A program made the translations under genes and the position numbers. A DNA stretch of 63,441 nucleotides, counting the filler. It is 23 parts of 23 records of this genome, joined end to end, with 100 filler letters (N's around TTAATTAATTAA, not from the genome) between each part and the next. Parts side by side here need not be neighbours in the genome. Positions count along the whole stretch, not along the records: positions 1 to 2,647 come from SRR11831580_5784; positions 2,748 to 5,708 come from SRR11831580_5787; positions 5,809 to 10,347 come from SRR11831580_5808; positions 10,448 to 12,925 come from SRR11831580_5819; 19 more parts are not named here. The stretch is one strand, 5' to 3'. Within the stretch, counting starts at the first letter, position 1, and every line of letters starts with the position of its first letter. Shown here in pieces: positions 1-11,361 of the stretch. The notes beneath the pieces were generated by a model, which saw only the letters and a list, made by a program, of their open reading frames with translations, did no database searches and was not told the DNA's origin.

Positions 1-1179
1 CTTGCTCGTCCGCGCAGGAGAAGAGGATGCGGTGATTGCTATCACGGAATTCATCGATCAGCGGTTTGAGAAACGGCTCCACAGAACGCGGCTTCTGAGG
101 CAGGACCGTTGCTGTTAACCTACAAGCAGGATGCCCACACACGGACAGACACACACGCATTAATGCATTTACACACGTGCACACAGCCATACAGAGACAG
201 GGACAGGCGATGACACTTATGCACACGGACACACGCAAACGCACACAACATGCACAAACACACACGCACACGAGTGTAGCGCAGCAGAAATGCACGCGCG
301 CGAACACATCATAATGATCAACGCACCAGTATTGACAGAGACACCGTAGATGAGGTGGCATGTTCAAAATCTCCAGCTGCACCGGCCATAAGGACCGCCC
401 GAAGAACACAGGGGCCCCGTCCCATACCAAGCGAAGAGCCAGATCATCGTGGGCGGCACCGCGCATCACTCTGTTCCATACCGCTCCATCCATGACGTCG
501 TTGATGTATCGATCATCGCGTACACCGTGGCTGTAACGAATCGCGTCGCGAAAACGTTGATCTGCAAGGAGGCGCTCCAATCGCGGCAAAACTGGAACAT
601 AATCCCAGAAAAAACCGTCCCCGCCGCATGAAGAACAACGCTGAGCACGGTCATGAGTCTCCTCCGTTGTACACTCCGCAAAACACGTCCACATGGTGAT
701 CCGCTTTGTGTTGAACCAATGACGCACTAAGGAATCGAAGTGGTAAATCGTGCTAGGGAGGACATCGACAGACTCAGAGATGGTGACGCATGTGCGGCCT
801 TCAGAAGATGCAAAACGTTCACAAAGCACTTATCTGTCATTCTGAAATTCTCACGCAGTTCCAAAAGCTGAATGATCGTGCGCTGCAACACTTCTTGATC
901 CAGATCAGCTGCACCTGGATACAATTCACCAGCAGGGGTCACGGACTGCACCAGATCTTGAAGATCCTGGTCTACGCTGGGCGCTCTTCGTTCGTCTACG
1001 GATGTATTGGAGACGATATCAGAGTTGTCGTTGTCCTCTACAGCCGACGGTATCCGCACGCTCTCGTTGAACAGAATCTCCATTCTCAGATGGTGACGAC
1101 GAGTATTGTCAGAAACAAGCCGTTGCCCGTCGCAAGAAGTACAAGAACATAGCACAGGTGTACGGCTACGCTTCGCCAT
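1..1179 (-). mobile_element. CACTA/EnSpm (Tnp2, Transposase_21-like) DNA transposase gene, 5' part, with one frameshift and one intron; runs off the window start
   Basis: Frame A (ATG 1179): MAKRSRTPVLCSCTSC...RRHHL...LYPGA...QLLELRENFRMTDKCFVNVLHLLK. It shifts near 770-800 into frame B: LPSTIY...CSSCG...DYVPVLPRLERLL...DVMDGAVW...LALRLVWDGAPVF...SLWPVQLEILNMPPHLR...YW. A GTGCGT..TGTAG intron (326-120) follows, then LTATVLPQKP...PFLKPLIDEF...ILFSCADEQ. The motif order matches Tnp2-type transposases. Frame B has no stop before the edge, so it is absent from the ORF track. Confidence 0.8.
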
Positions 1180-1345
1180 AGCGACAATTTGAATTTTGCG
1201 CACGCACAGGCGCGTGAAGCAGGATGAAAAGTTCGATTCTGTCAGATCGACGAAGATTCGAATGTGTCAGACAGTCTGAGTCTGACCCGGCGGGAATTTT
1301 GAATTGTGTGCGCCAGTGTGTGTGCGTCTGTGTTCGTGATCAAAG

Positions 1346-1561
1346 ATGACAATCAGAAATCATAAGTTTCAGCTGGAGCTGGGGCTAAAGAATGTTTTTG
1401 CCGCCCTCGAACAAGCAGGTTACACGCCATTGCAGAATCAATGGCAGGAGATCCGGGGCCACGCAACTGTGGTACAATGGTTGGAGAAGGCGAACCGAGA
1501 TTATTCTCGGTTCTATGACGAAACAACGGTGCGTTCCACCGTGGAGAGAATTAAGCTTTAG
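1346..1561 (+). CDS. Hypothetical 71-aa protein, divergent from the transposase
   Basis: ATG-to-TAG ORF with globular-looking composition; no recognised motif. Confidence 0.3.
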   Translation: MTIRNHKFQLELGLKNVFAALEQAGYTPLQNQWQEIRGHATVVQWLEKANRDYSRFYDETTVRSTVERIKL

Positions 1562-2326
1562 TTCTGGGTCATATGCATATGCATGCATAAAGGGAAGTTG
1601 TTGTCTATTAAATTTATCGCACACATGCATGCATAAGAGGCTGTAAACATATATAGTGCAGGAATAGTGCATGCGCGTCTGTAGTATACTCGGAGCACCC
1701 TGAAGGTTATTGGCAGTGTCCTGAAGTACGCTGGCAGCATTCTGCCTGACCTGAAGCACACTTATAGTGCACTTACTCAGTGTACTTCAGTATGGGAGTA
1801 TACTGAATTTTTTCACTGTGCATGGTAAACTCCTGCGACCGCCCAGTTCAACGTCAGCGAGTTGACGACCCATCATGAGTAGTCGACACAGGCTAACTGT
1901 GGTCGTTCGTCCCTTAACCAGCATCTCGTCTTTCCTGTGGTGCTGAGTGCGAGTGGATCGTGGTGACCGTGACTGGCGACGGTCCGTGCTTTGGCCTGAT
2001 AAATGATAAGCGTTTCCGCCTGTCAGCATTGGAATATTGCAGCCGACTTGTACAATTTTGCGCAGTGACTCTGCGCAGCAGCGGTGCAATGAAATGCACT
2101 GTACATTTCCAGAATTCCAGGTCAGAATCAGGTCGGAGAACAGCTCGATATCTTCCTTCGGCCTTCGGCCATTGTGTTATTCAGTTCTCAACAACATCTG
2201 CGGTTGTTCCTTGCTGTTGGATCACAATTGCGATATGACCTCTACAGGGCTTTGGTCACTGTTTTCATGGGTAGAAACGAAGTGAGAGAGATCGCGCATT
2301 TTCCGCGGAGATCTTAACTCGCTGCG

Positions 2327-2647
2327 ATGATGGATTTTTTCCTTGACGACCGCACCCGCGCTCCTTGTTGCGACTGTGACAGCTGTGTTTTGGGATGTAA
2401 CGTTAAGCCCGACGATGCCGATGATCTCGTTTTGGATGAGAACAGCAATCACTCCCGTCGAACTCTACCATTCACCGAGCTCAGCGTTGTGGATCACCTA
2501 TTATTCTCTTCTGCGTGGCAGTCCATAATACACATGACATTTCTCACCAGTCTCAACGTCGACCATTGCGGATTGCGGTCGCTGGACGGCGTAACCAGCT
2601 TGTGCAATTTGGTCTACCTCAACGCATCACAGAATATGATTCGCGAA
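2327..2647 (+). CDS. Leucine-rich-repeat protein (SDS22-like LRR) with Cys-rich N-terminus, 3' truncated
   Basis: LTSLNVDHCGLRSLDGVTSLCNLVYLNASQNMIRE fits tandem LxxLxLxx[N/C]xL units; runs into the spacer. Confidence 0.6.
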
Positions 2648-2747
2648 NNNNNNNNNNNNNNNNNNNNNNNNNNNNNNNNNNNNNNNNNNNNTTAATTAAT
2701 TAANNNNNNNNNNNNNNNNNNNNNNNNNNNNNNNNNNNNNNNNNNNN
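2648..2747. other. Artificial contig spacer (44 N + TTAATTAATTAA + 44 N), first of 22 copies
   Basis: Copies start at 2648, 5709, 10348, 12926, 15097, 17545, 20048, 22417, 26207, 28479, 30949, 33214, 35487, 37701, 40799, 43406, 46215, 49354, 52740, 54863, 57695 and 60392. The 12-mer places stop codons in all six frames. Confidence 0.99.
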
Positions 2748-2993
2748 AAATTAATCGTTACAGGAAAAGCCAAAGCTGAATCGATTTTATGATTTGGTTC
2801 AATTCTTCCTTTAGCGGCATAATGTTTAATGACGTACGAAACGTCAGCGGTCAACACCCGCCAGCAATGGACTGTATTGCGCTCTTCGTGCGTCGCGTCT
2901 GTTAAAAACTGGCGCTAACAATACAGGCTAAAGTCGAACCGCCAGGCTAGACTTTAGTTCCACAACACTAAACCTATAAGTTGGGGAAATACA

Positions 2994-3251
2994 ATGTTCC
3001 AGCAAGAAGTTACCATTACCGCTCCGAACGGTCTGCACACCCGCCCTGCTGCCCAGTTTGTAAAAGAAGCTAAGGGCTTCACTTCTGAAATTACTGTGAC
3101 TTCCAACGGCAAAAGCGCCAGCGCGAAAAGCCTGTTTAAACTGCAGACTCTGGGCCTGACTCAAGGTACCGTTGTGACTATCTCCGCAGAAGGCGAAGAC
3201 GAGCAGAAAGCGGTTGAACATCTGGTTAAACTGATGGCGGAACTCGAGTAA
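2994..3251 (+). CDS. ptsH: Phosphocarrier protein HPr
   Basis: [29 protein letters not shown], 85 aa; first gene of ptsHI-crr. Confidence 0.99.
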
Positions 3252-3295
3252 TTTCCCGGGTTCTTTTAAAAATCAGTCACAAGTAAGGTAGGGTT

Positions 3296-5023
3296 ATGAT
3301 TTCAGGCATTTTAGCATCCCCGGGTATCGCTTTCGGTAAAGCTCTGCTTCTGAAAGAAGACGAAATTGTCATTGACCGGAAAAAAATTTCTGCCGACCAG
3401 GTTGATCAGGAAGTTGAACGTTTTCTGAGCGGTCGTGCCAAGGCATCAGCCCAGCTGGAAACGATCAAAACGAAAGCTGGTGAAACGTTCGGTGAAGAAA
3501 AAGAAGCCATCTTTGAAGGGCATATTATGCTGCTCGAAGATGAGGAGCTGGAGCAGGAAATCATAGCCCTGATTAAAGATAAGCACATGACAGCTGACGC
3601 AGCTGCTCATGAAGTTATCGAAGGTCAGGCTTCTGCCCTGGAAGAGCTGGATGATGAATACCTGAAAGAACGTGCGGCTGACGTACGTGATATCGGTAAG
3701 CGCCTGCTGCGCAACATCCTGGGCCTGAAGATTATCGACCTGAGCGCCATTCAGGATGAAGTCATTCTGGTTGCCGCTGACCTGACGCCGTCCGAAACCG
3801 CACAGCTGAACCTGAAGAAGGTGCTGGGTTTCATCACCGACGCGGGTGGCCGTACTTCCCACACCTCTATCATGGCGCGTTCTCTGGAACTACCTGCTAT
3901 CGTGGGTACCGGTAGCGTCACCTCTCAGGTGAAAAATGACGACTATCTGATTCTGGATGCCGTAAATAATCAGGTTTACGTCAATCCAACCAACGAAGTT
4001 ATTGATAAAATGCGCGCTGTTCAGGAGCAAGTGGCTTCTGAAAAAGCAGAGCTTGCTAAACTGAAAGATCTGCCAGCTATTACGCTGGACGGTCACCAGG
4101 TAGAAGTATGCGCTAACATTGGTACGGTTCGTGACGTTGAAGGTGCAGAGCGTAACGGCGCTGAAGGCGTTGGTCTGTATCGTACTGAGTTCCTGTTCAT
4201 GGACCGCGACGCACTGCCCACTGAAGAAGAACAGTTTGCTGCTTACAAAGCAGTGGCTGAAGCGTGTGGCTCGCAAGCGGTTATCGTTCGTACCATGGAC
4301 ATCGGCGGCGACAAAGAGCTGCCATACATGAACTTCCCGAAAGAAGAGAACCCGTTCCTCGGCTGGCGCGCTATCCGTATCGCGATGGATCGTAGAGAGA
4401 TCCTGCGCGATCAGCTCCGCGCTATCCTGCGTGCCTCGGCTTTCGGTAAATTGCGCATTATGTTCCCGATGATCATCTCTGTTGAAGAAGTGCGTGCACT
4501 GCGCAAAGAGATCGAAATCTACAAACAGGAACTGCGCGACGAAGGTAAAGCGTTTGACGAGTCAATTGAAATCGGCGTAATGGTGGAAACACCGGCTGCC
4601 GCAACAATTGCACGTCATTTAGCCAAAGAAGTTGATTTCTTTAGTATCGGCACCAATGATTTAACGCAGTACACTCTGGCAGTTGACCGTGGTAATGATA
4701 TGATTTCACACCTTTACCAGCCAATGTCACCGTCCGTGCTGAACTTGATCAAGCAAGTTATTGATGCTTCTCATGCTGAAGGCAAATGGACTGGCATGTG
4801 TGGTGAGCTTGCTGGCGATGAACGTGCTACACTTCTGTTGCTGGGGATGGGTCTGGACGAATTCTCTATGAGCGCCATTTCTATCCCGCGCATTAAGAAG
4901 ATTATCCGTAACACGAACTTCGAAGATGCGAAGGTGTTAGCAGAGCAGGCTCTTGCTCAACCGACAACGGACGAGTTAATGACGCTGGTTAACAAGTTCA
5001 TTGAAGAAAAAACAATCTGCTAA
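3296..5023 (+). CDS. ptsI: PTS enzyme I
   Basis: 575 aa with GGRTSH phospho-His motif; operon context. Confidence 0.99.
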   Translation: MISGILASPGIAFGKALLLKEDEIVIDRKKISADQVDQEVERFLSGRAKASAQLETIKTKAGETFGEEKEAIFEGHIMLLEDEELEQEIIALIKDKHMTADAAAHEVIEGQASALEELDDEYLKERAADVRDIGKRLLRNILGLKIIDLSAIQDEVILVAADLTPSETAQLNLKKVLGFITDAGGRTSHTSIMARSLELPAIVGTGSVTSQVKNDDYLILDAVNNQVYVNPTNEVIDKMRAVQEQVASEKAELAKLKDLPAITLDGHQVEVCANIGTVRDVEGAERNGAEGVGLYRTEFLFMDRDALPTEEEQFAAYKAVAEACGSQAVIVRTMDIGGDKELPYMNFPKEENPFLGWRAIRIAMDRREILRDQLRAILRASAFGKLRIMFPMIISVEEVRALRKEIEIYKQELRDEGKAFDESIEIGVMVETPAAATIARHLAKEVDFFSIGTNDLTQYTLAVDRGNDMISHLYQPMSPSVLNLIKQVIDASHAEGKWTGMCGELAGDERATLLLLGMGLDEFSMSAISIPRIKKIIRNTNFEDAKVLAEQALAQPTTDELMTLVNKFIEEKTIC

Positions 5024-5063
5024 TCCACGAGATGCGGCCCAATTTACTGCTTAGGAGAAGATC

Positions 5064-5573
5064 ATGGGTTTGTTCGATAAACTGAAATCTCTGGTTTCCG
5101 ACGACAAGAAGGATACCGGAACTATTGAGATCATTGCTCCGCTCTCTGGCGAGATCGTCAATATCGAAGACGTGCCGGATGTCGTTTTTGCGGAAAAAAT
5201 CGTTGGTGATGGTATTGCTATCAAACCAACGGGTAACAAAATGGTCGCGCCAGTAGACGGCACCATTGGTAAAATCTTTGAAACCAACCACGCATTCTCT
5301 ATCGAATCTGATAGCGGCGTTGAACTGTTCGTCCACTTCGGTATCGACACCGTTGAACTGAAAGGCGAAGGCTTCAAGCGTATTGCTGAAGAAGGTCAGC
5401 GCGTGAAAGTTGGCGATACTGTCATTGAATTTGATCTGCCGCTGCTGGAAGAGAAAGCCAAGTCTACCCTGACTCCGGTTGTTATCTCCAACATGGACGA
5501 AATCAAAGAACTGATCAAACTGTCCGGTAGCGTAACCGTGGGTGAAACCCCGGTTATCCGCATCAAGAAGTAA
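5064..5573 (+). CDS. crr: PTS EIIA-Glc
   Basis: 169 aa, [16 protein letters not shown]...VHFGIDTV. Confidence 0.99.
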
Positions 5574-5587
5574 TTCTTGCCGCAGTG

Positions 5588-5617
5588 AAAAATGGCGCCC
5601 ATCGGCGCCATTTTTTT
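5588..5617. terminator. Intrinsic (likely bidirectional) terminator between crr and pdxK
   Basis: AAAAATGGCGCC-CATC-GGCGCCATTTTTTT hairpin with A and T tracts. Confidence 0.85.
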
Positions 5618-5708
5618 ATGCTTCCGCCAGCGGCGGCAAAATCAATTCATCGCTCTCATGCTGCTGGGTGTAGCGCATCACTTCCAGTACGCGCAACCCC
5701 GCTCGGTG
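5616..5708 (-). CDS. pdxK: Pyridoxal kinase, 3' end only
   Basis: Minus strand ends ...LILPPLAEA-stop; E. coli gene order crr-pdxK. Confidence 0.8.
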
Positions 5709-5808
5709 NNNNNNNNNNNNNNNNNNNNNNNNNNNNNNNNNNNNNNNNNNNNTTAATTAATTAANNNNNNNNNNNNNNNNNNNNNNNNNNNNNNNNNNNN
5801 NNNNNNNN

Positions 5809-6790
5809 GGCAACCGTGCAGCGGAATGTAATGAAACACCGCCATGATTTCCGCTTCTTTCAGAAAGTTAATCAACGCGCTCCGGTCATCAATATCCCGC
5901 AGTTTAATGTAGAACATATGCGCGTTCTGCACGCAGCCATCGGGAATCGACGGCAGCTCGATACGCCCGGCTTTCGCCAGAGGCGCTAACGCATCGTAGT
6001 AGTTTTGCCACAGCGCCAGACGTTGCTGGTTGATACGATCCGCTGCTTCCAGTTGCGCCCACAGGTATGCAGCTTGCAGATCGGACATCAAATAGCTGGA
6101 GCCAATATCGCGCCAGGTATATTTATCGACCTGACCACGGAAGAACTGGCTGCGGTTAGTGCCCTTTTCACGGATGATCTCGGCTCGTTCGATTAACGCT
6201 TTATCGTTAATCAGCGTCGCGCCGCCTTCACCGCCCGCCGTGTAGTTTTTGGTTTCATGGAAGCTAAAGCAGCCAATATGACCAATGGTTCCCAGTGCAC
6301 GCCCTTTGTAAGTGGACATCACGCCCTGAGCGGCATCTTCTACCACAAACAAATTATGCTTTTTCGCCAACGCCATAATGGTGTCCATTTCGCAGGCCAC
6401 ACCCGCGTAATGGACCGGCACGATAACGCGCGTTTTGTCGGTGATCGCCGCTTCAATCAGCGTTTCGTCGATGTTCATGGTGTCCGGGCGAACATCCACA
6501 AAAACGATTTTTGCGCCACGCAGCACAAAGGCATTGGCGGTGGAGACAAAGGTGTAGCTCGGCATGATCACTTCATCGCCAGGCTGGATATCGAGCAGCA
6601 GCGCCGCCATCTCCAGCGAAGCGGTGCAGGACGGCGTCAGTAACACTTTGGCGCTGCCAAAACGTTGCTCCAGCCACTGCTGGCAGCGACGGGTAAAACC
6701 GCCATCGCCACACAGTTTGCCGCTACCCATTGCCGACTGCATATAGTCGAGTTCGGTTCCCACCACCGGCGGTGCGTTAAATGGAATCAT
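5809..6790 (-). CDS. wecE: dTDP-4-amino-4,6-dideoxygalactose transaminase, 3' truncated
   Basis: MIPFNAPPVVGTELDY...SFHETKN PLP-lysine motif; ECA cluster. Confidence 0.97.
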
Positions 6791-6794
6791 GTGA

Positions 6795-7469
6795 TCACCT
6801 GTATAACCAGTACGCGGTGCTTTCTACATTCGCACCACTTTGTATGTATCGTTTAAGCGCGGCGGTGTTGCCCATTTGGGTCGCCACCCGCAAAGTTGTT
6901 TTACCGCGAGCATACGCCCAGTTTAGCGCCGTTTGCATCAGCTCAGCACCTGCACCGCGTCCAGCCAGCAGGCCAATTCGCGCATCTGTCGCATTGAGTT
7001 CCCGTAAAGAGACATAGCCGCGAATATCGCCGGACGCCGCACGTAAAATCAGACATTGATGATCAAAGGTGCCGCGCACGGCATTTTCAATCCACTGTGC
7101 ATAAAAGCGACTGCTGGCGTCAGGCGCATACCACGGCGCACGAAAACGGCTTTGCGCAAATGCGGCGCTGGCTAACTGACGTAATGCGGGAATATCGGTC
7201 TCTTGTGCCACTACAGCACCGCTATCACTGGCATTGTTCACGGGTAGCGCCAAATCAACTTCACCTTCTACCAGGGAGAATCCCAGCTGTTGCAGGGCAT
7301 CCAGTTCACCCGTATTTGATGCCGCAATTTTGGCCTGCACCCGTGACCACGGCGCTAACGCGTCTGGCGTCAGGAGCGGTGCTTCAGACGTAATGCGCAC
7401 GATGGCGCTGTTAACACCAAAGAAGGCGTTTTCCCAGGTTAGTGGCTCAATACTGGCGCGGACGGGCAC
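6795..7469 (-). CDS. wecD: dTDP-fucosamine acetyltransferase
   Basis: GNAT-like 224 aa protein between rffH and wecE. Confidence 0.95.
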
Positions 7470-8328
7470 GAAGTAACTCCAGCAGATATTGGCCGTAGCC
7501 AGTTTTCGCTAATGAACTGGCAGCACGCTTCACACCCTCGTCATCGAGCCAGCCGTTACGCCAGGCAATCTCTTCCAGGCAGGCAATCTTAAAGCCCTGG
7601 CGTTTTTCCACCGTCTGTACAAAGGTGCTGGCTTCAATCAGGCTGTCGTGAGTGCCGGTATCCAGCCAGGCAAATCCGCGCCCGAGCAGTTCAACGGTCA
7701 GGTTGCCCGCCTCGAGGTACATCTGGTTGATGGAGGTAATCTCCAGTTCACCACGCTCCGACGGCTTCACCTGCTTTGCGTACTCCACGACTTTACTGTC
7801 GTAGAAATAAAGCCCGGTCACCGCCCAGTTTGACTTCGGCTGTTTTGGCTTTTCTTCCAGCGAGATAGCGCGGAAATTGTCGTCAAACTCCACCACGCCA
7901 AAGCGTTCCGGGTCCATCACCTGATAGCCAAAAACCGTCGCCCCTTCGGTGCGCGCCGCAACATGACGCAGCTTCGGACTGAAGCCCTGACCGAAGAAGA
8001 TGTTATCGCCCAGCACCAGACAAGAAGGTTCACCATTAAGGAAGGTTTCACCGATGATAAAGGCCTGCGCCAGACCGTCCGGGCTGGGCTGTTCGGCATA
8101 TTCCAGCTGGATACCGAACTCACTACCATCGCCCAGCAGGCGCTGGAAATAACCTTTATCTTCCGGCGTAGTGATGATGAGAATTTCGCGGATACCGGCC
8201 AGCATCAGCACCGACAGCGGATAGTAAATCATTGGCTTATCGTAAATCGGCAACAGTTGCTTCGATACGCCGCGCGTAATCGGATGCAATCGGGTGCCGG
8301 AACCGCCCGCCAGGATAATACCTTTCAT
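7447..8328 (-). CDS. rffH: Glucose-1-phosphate thymidylyltransferase 2
   Basis: [18 protein letters not shown]; 293 aa. Confidence 0.97.
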
Positions 8329-8346
8329 GTTTGCCTCCGCTGAAAA

Positions 8347-9413
8347 TTAGCCTTTCAGACCTAAACGCTCGCCCTGATAGCTGCCGTCCTGCACCTGCTT
8401 CCACCAGCTTTCATTAGCCAGATACCACTGAACCGTTTTACGCATTCCACTTTCAAAGGTTTCCTGCGGCAGCCAGCCAAGTTCACGGGCAATTTTCGAA
8501 GCATCAATGGCATAACGCAGATCATGCCCCGGACGGTCAGCGACAAAGGTGATCAGGTCACGATAGTGCGCCACGCCGTGCGGCTTGTTCGGAGCCAGTT
8601 CTTCCAGCAGCTCGCAAATGGTTTCCACAACATCGAGATTCTTACGCTCGTTGTGACCACCAATATTATAGGTTTCACCGACTTTCCCGGTGGTCGCCAC
8701 GCAATACAGCGCGCGGGCGTGATCTTCCACATACAGCCAGTCACGGATTTGCTGCCCGTTGCCATATACCGGCAGCGATTTACCCGCCAGCGCGTTGAGG
8801 ATCATCAGCGGGATCAGTTTTTCCGGAAAGTGGTAAGGGCCGTAGTTATTCGAGCAGTTGGTGATAAGCGTCGGCAGACCATAGGTCCGCAGCCAGGCGC
8901 GCACCAGATGGTCGCTGCTGGCTTTTGACGCGGAATAAGGGCTGCTCGGCGCATACGGCGTGGTTTCGGTGAAGAAATCATCCGTCGAGTGCAGGTCACC
9001 ATATACTTCGTCAGTGGAGATATGATGAAAACGGAACGCTGATTTTTATCTTCCGTCAGCGCATTCCAGTAAGCCCGCGCCGCTTCAAGCAATGTATAAG
9101 TCCCGACAATGTTGGTTTCAATAAACGCTGCCGGGCCGTCAATAGAACGGTCAACATGGCTTTCGGCTGCCAGATGCATGACACAGTCTGGCTGATGCTC
9201 AGTGAATACGCGTGCCAGTTCTGCCCGATCGCAGATATCAACTTTCTCAAAGGCAAAGCGCTCGCTTTGCGCGACCGGTGCCAGCGACATCAGGTTTCCG
9301 GCGTAGGTCAGCTTATCGACCACTACCACCGCGTCGCTCGTTTCGTTGATGATATAACGCACCAGCGCCGAGCCAATAAACCCGGCACCACCTGTTATCA
9401 GAATTTTTCTCAT
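8347..9413 (-). CDS. rffG: dTDP-glucose 4,6-dehydratase 2, split by a 1-nt homopolymer deletion near 9043-9047 (likely sequencing error)
   Basis: N-terminal [12 protein letters not shown] (8814-9413) and C-terminal ORF (8347-8904) lie in different frames. Adding one T to the T5 run restores [19 protein letters not shown]. Confidence 0.93.
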
Positions 9414-10347
9414 CAGCGCCAGACTCCTTTGGCATCGACGACATACTGCTGATGGACATTGTCGCCATTGATAACTTTGAACTGACTATGATCGACCAGC
9501 ATCACCAGCACGTCTGCCGTTGCCAGCGCCTCGTCAAGCTGCGCCAGAGTACAAAGCCCGGTCAGTTTTTTCGGCAACTGGTGGATGTTAGGCTCAACAA
9601 CCAGAGTTTCGCCGCTATGCCACTGGGCGATCAGTTCAGCGATTTCCATCGCCGGGCTTTCGCGCAGGTCATCAATATTCGGTTTAAACGCCAGACCAAA
9701 GCAGGCGATTTTCAGTTCACTGGCGCGTTTATCGGTAGCCGCCAGGCAATCAGCCACCGCCGCTTTCACCTGATCGATAACCCAGAACGGTTTGTGATCG
9801 TTCACTTCGCGCGCGGTACGGATAAGCCGCGCCTGCTGGGGGTTCTGTGCCACGATAAACCACGGATCAACAGCAATGCAGTGACCGCCCACGCCAGGGC
9901 CAGGCTGAAGAATATTAACGCGAGGGTGACGATTCGCCAGGCGAATCAGTTCCCAGACGTTAATCCCCTGATCGGCACAAATCAGCGACAATTCATTAGC
10001 AAAAGCGATATTCACATCGCGGAAGCTGTTTTCGGTGAGCTTACACATTTCCGCCGTCCGCGAGTTAGTGACGACACACTCACCTTCGAGGAAAATTTTG
10101 TACAGTTCGCTGGCGCGGGCCGAACAAACCGGCGTCATACCACCAATCACGCGATCGTTTTTAATCAGCTCGACCATTACCTGTCCTGGTAACACGCGTT
10201 CCGGGCAGTAAGCAATGTTGACGTCCGCCTGCTCGCCCACCTGCTGCGGGAAAGTGAGATCCGGACGCATCTCTGCTAACCATTCTGCCATCTTCTCGGT
10301 TGACCCCACCGGCGAGGTGGATTCAAGGATCACCAGCGCGCCTTTTT
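9413..10347 (-). CDS. wecC: UDP-ManNAc dehydrogenase, 5' truncated
   Basis: YCPERVLPG and [11 protein letters not shown] motifs. Confidence 0.96.
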
Positions 10348-10547
10348 NNNNNNNNNNNNNNNNNNNNNNNNNNNNNNNNNNNNNNNNNNNNTTAATTAAT
10401 TAANNNNNNNNNNNNNNNNNNNNNNNNNNNNNNNNNNNNNNNNNNNNACGCCGCTGTGCACCGTGGTGGATTGTGTATATGTGTGTGTACATCTCCTCTA
10501 GTGTCCGTATGTTTCCATGCCCCTTCTAACGTCTCCTGTCTCTGCAG

Positions 10548-11054
10548 GTGGTGACGGGATCGAGCGACACCACCGTCAAGCTGTGGGACCTGGCTGCGGG
10601 CAAGTGCATCACCACCCTCACACACCACAAGAAGGGCGTGCGTGCGCTCTGCATGCATCCAGAGCAGTTCTCCATGGCTACCGCCTCGTCGGACAACATC
10701 AAGCAGTGGAAATTCCCCGAGGGAAAATTCCTGCAGAATTTCGCTGGGCACAACGCCGTGGTGAACAGCCTGGTGGTGAACCGCGACGGGGTGTGCGTCT
10801 CCGGGGGCGACAACGGCAGCATGCGGTTCTGGGACTGGAAGTCTGGACACTGTTTCCAAGAGGAGGTTACGCGCGTGCAGCCCGGGTCGCTGGAGGCGGA
10901 GGCGGGTATCCTGTGCTCGTCGTTTGATGTGACGGGCAGCCGGTTGATCACGGGCGAGGCTGACAAGACCATCAAGGTGTGGAAGGAGGACGAGAGCGCC
11001 ACGCCCGAGACGCACCCCATTGTGTTTGCGCCCAAGAAGAAGGAGCGCTTCTGA
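10548..11054 (+). CDS. PLRG1/Prp46/PRL1 WD40 splicing factor, terminal exon (eukaryotic)
   Basis: TTCTAAC branch point and CTGCAG acceptor at 10547. WD40 repeats end ...[33 protein letters not shown], typical of the PLRG1 C-terminus. Confidence 0.88.
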   Translation: MVTGSSDTTVKLWDLAAGKCITTLTHHKKGVRALCMHPEQFSMATASSDNIKQWKFPEGKFLQNFAGHNAVVNSLVVNRDGVCVSGGDNGSMRFWDWKSGHCFQEEVTRVQPGSLEAEAGILCSSFDVTGSRLITGEADKTIKVWKEDESATPETHPIVFAPKKKERF

Positions 11055-11361
11055 GCAACAGAGAGAGAGAGCGCGTGCGTGTGCTGGTTGTTGTATCTAT
11101 GTGTTTGTGTGGGTGTGTGAGGTGAGAAGTGACCCATACATGAAGTGGTGCATGAGCGGGATGGGAGAAAGAATTACGACGACTACCATTTCTTTAGGCA
11201 TGTAAGACCTTACTAGGTCGTATGATCTCGCATAAACCCTACAACACATACTGTCACCAAAAACTACACACCCACCACACAAACACGCACGCTCGTAGAT
11301 ACAAACCTATCACAACGCAAACACACAAACACAACCACACACACCCCACATCTACCAAGCA

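Noticed and set aside
1654-1769. TAGTG (reverse-complement CACTA) at 1654 and 1765 as the transposon terminus
   Set aside because: A 5-mer is expected by chance, and the other end and TSD are outside the window, so it cannot be supported.
8347-9413. Programmed frameshift or pseudogene in rffG (likewise pgaA and idnT)
   Set aside because: All three breaks are the same type of single-base homopolymer loss, best explained as sequencing error.
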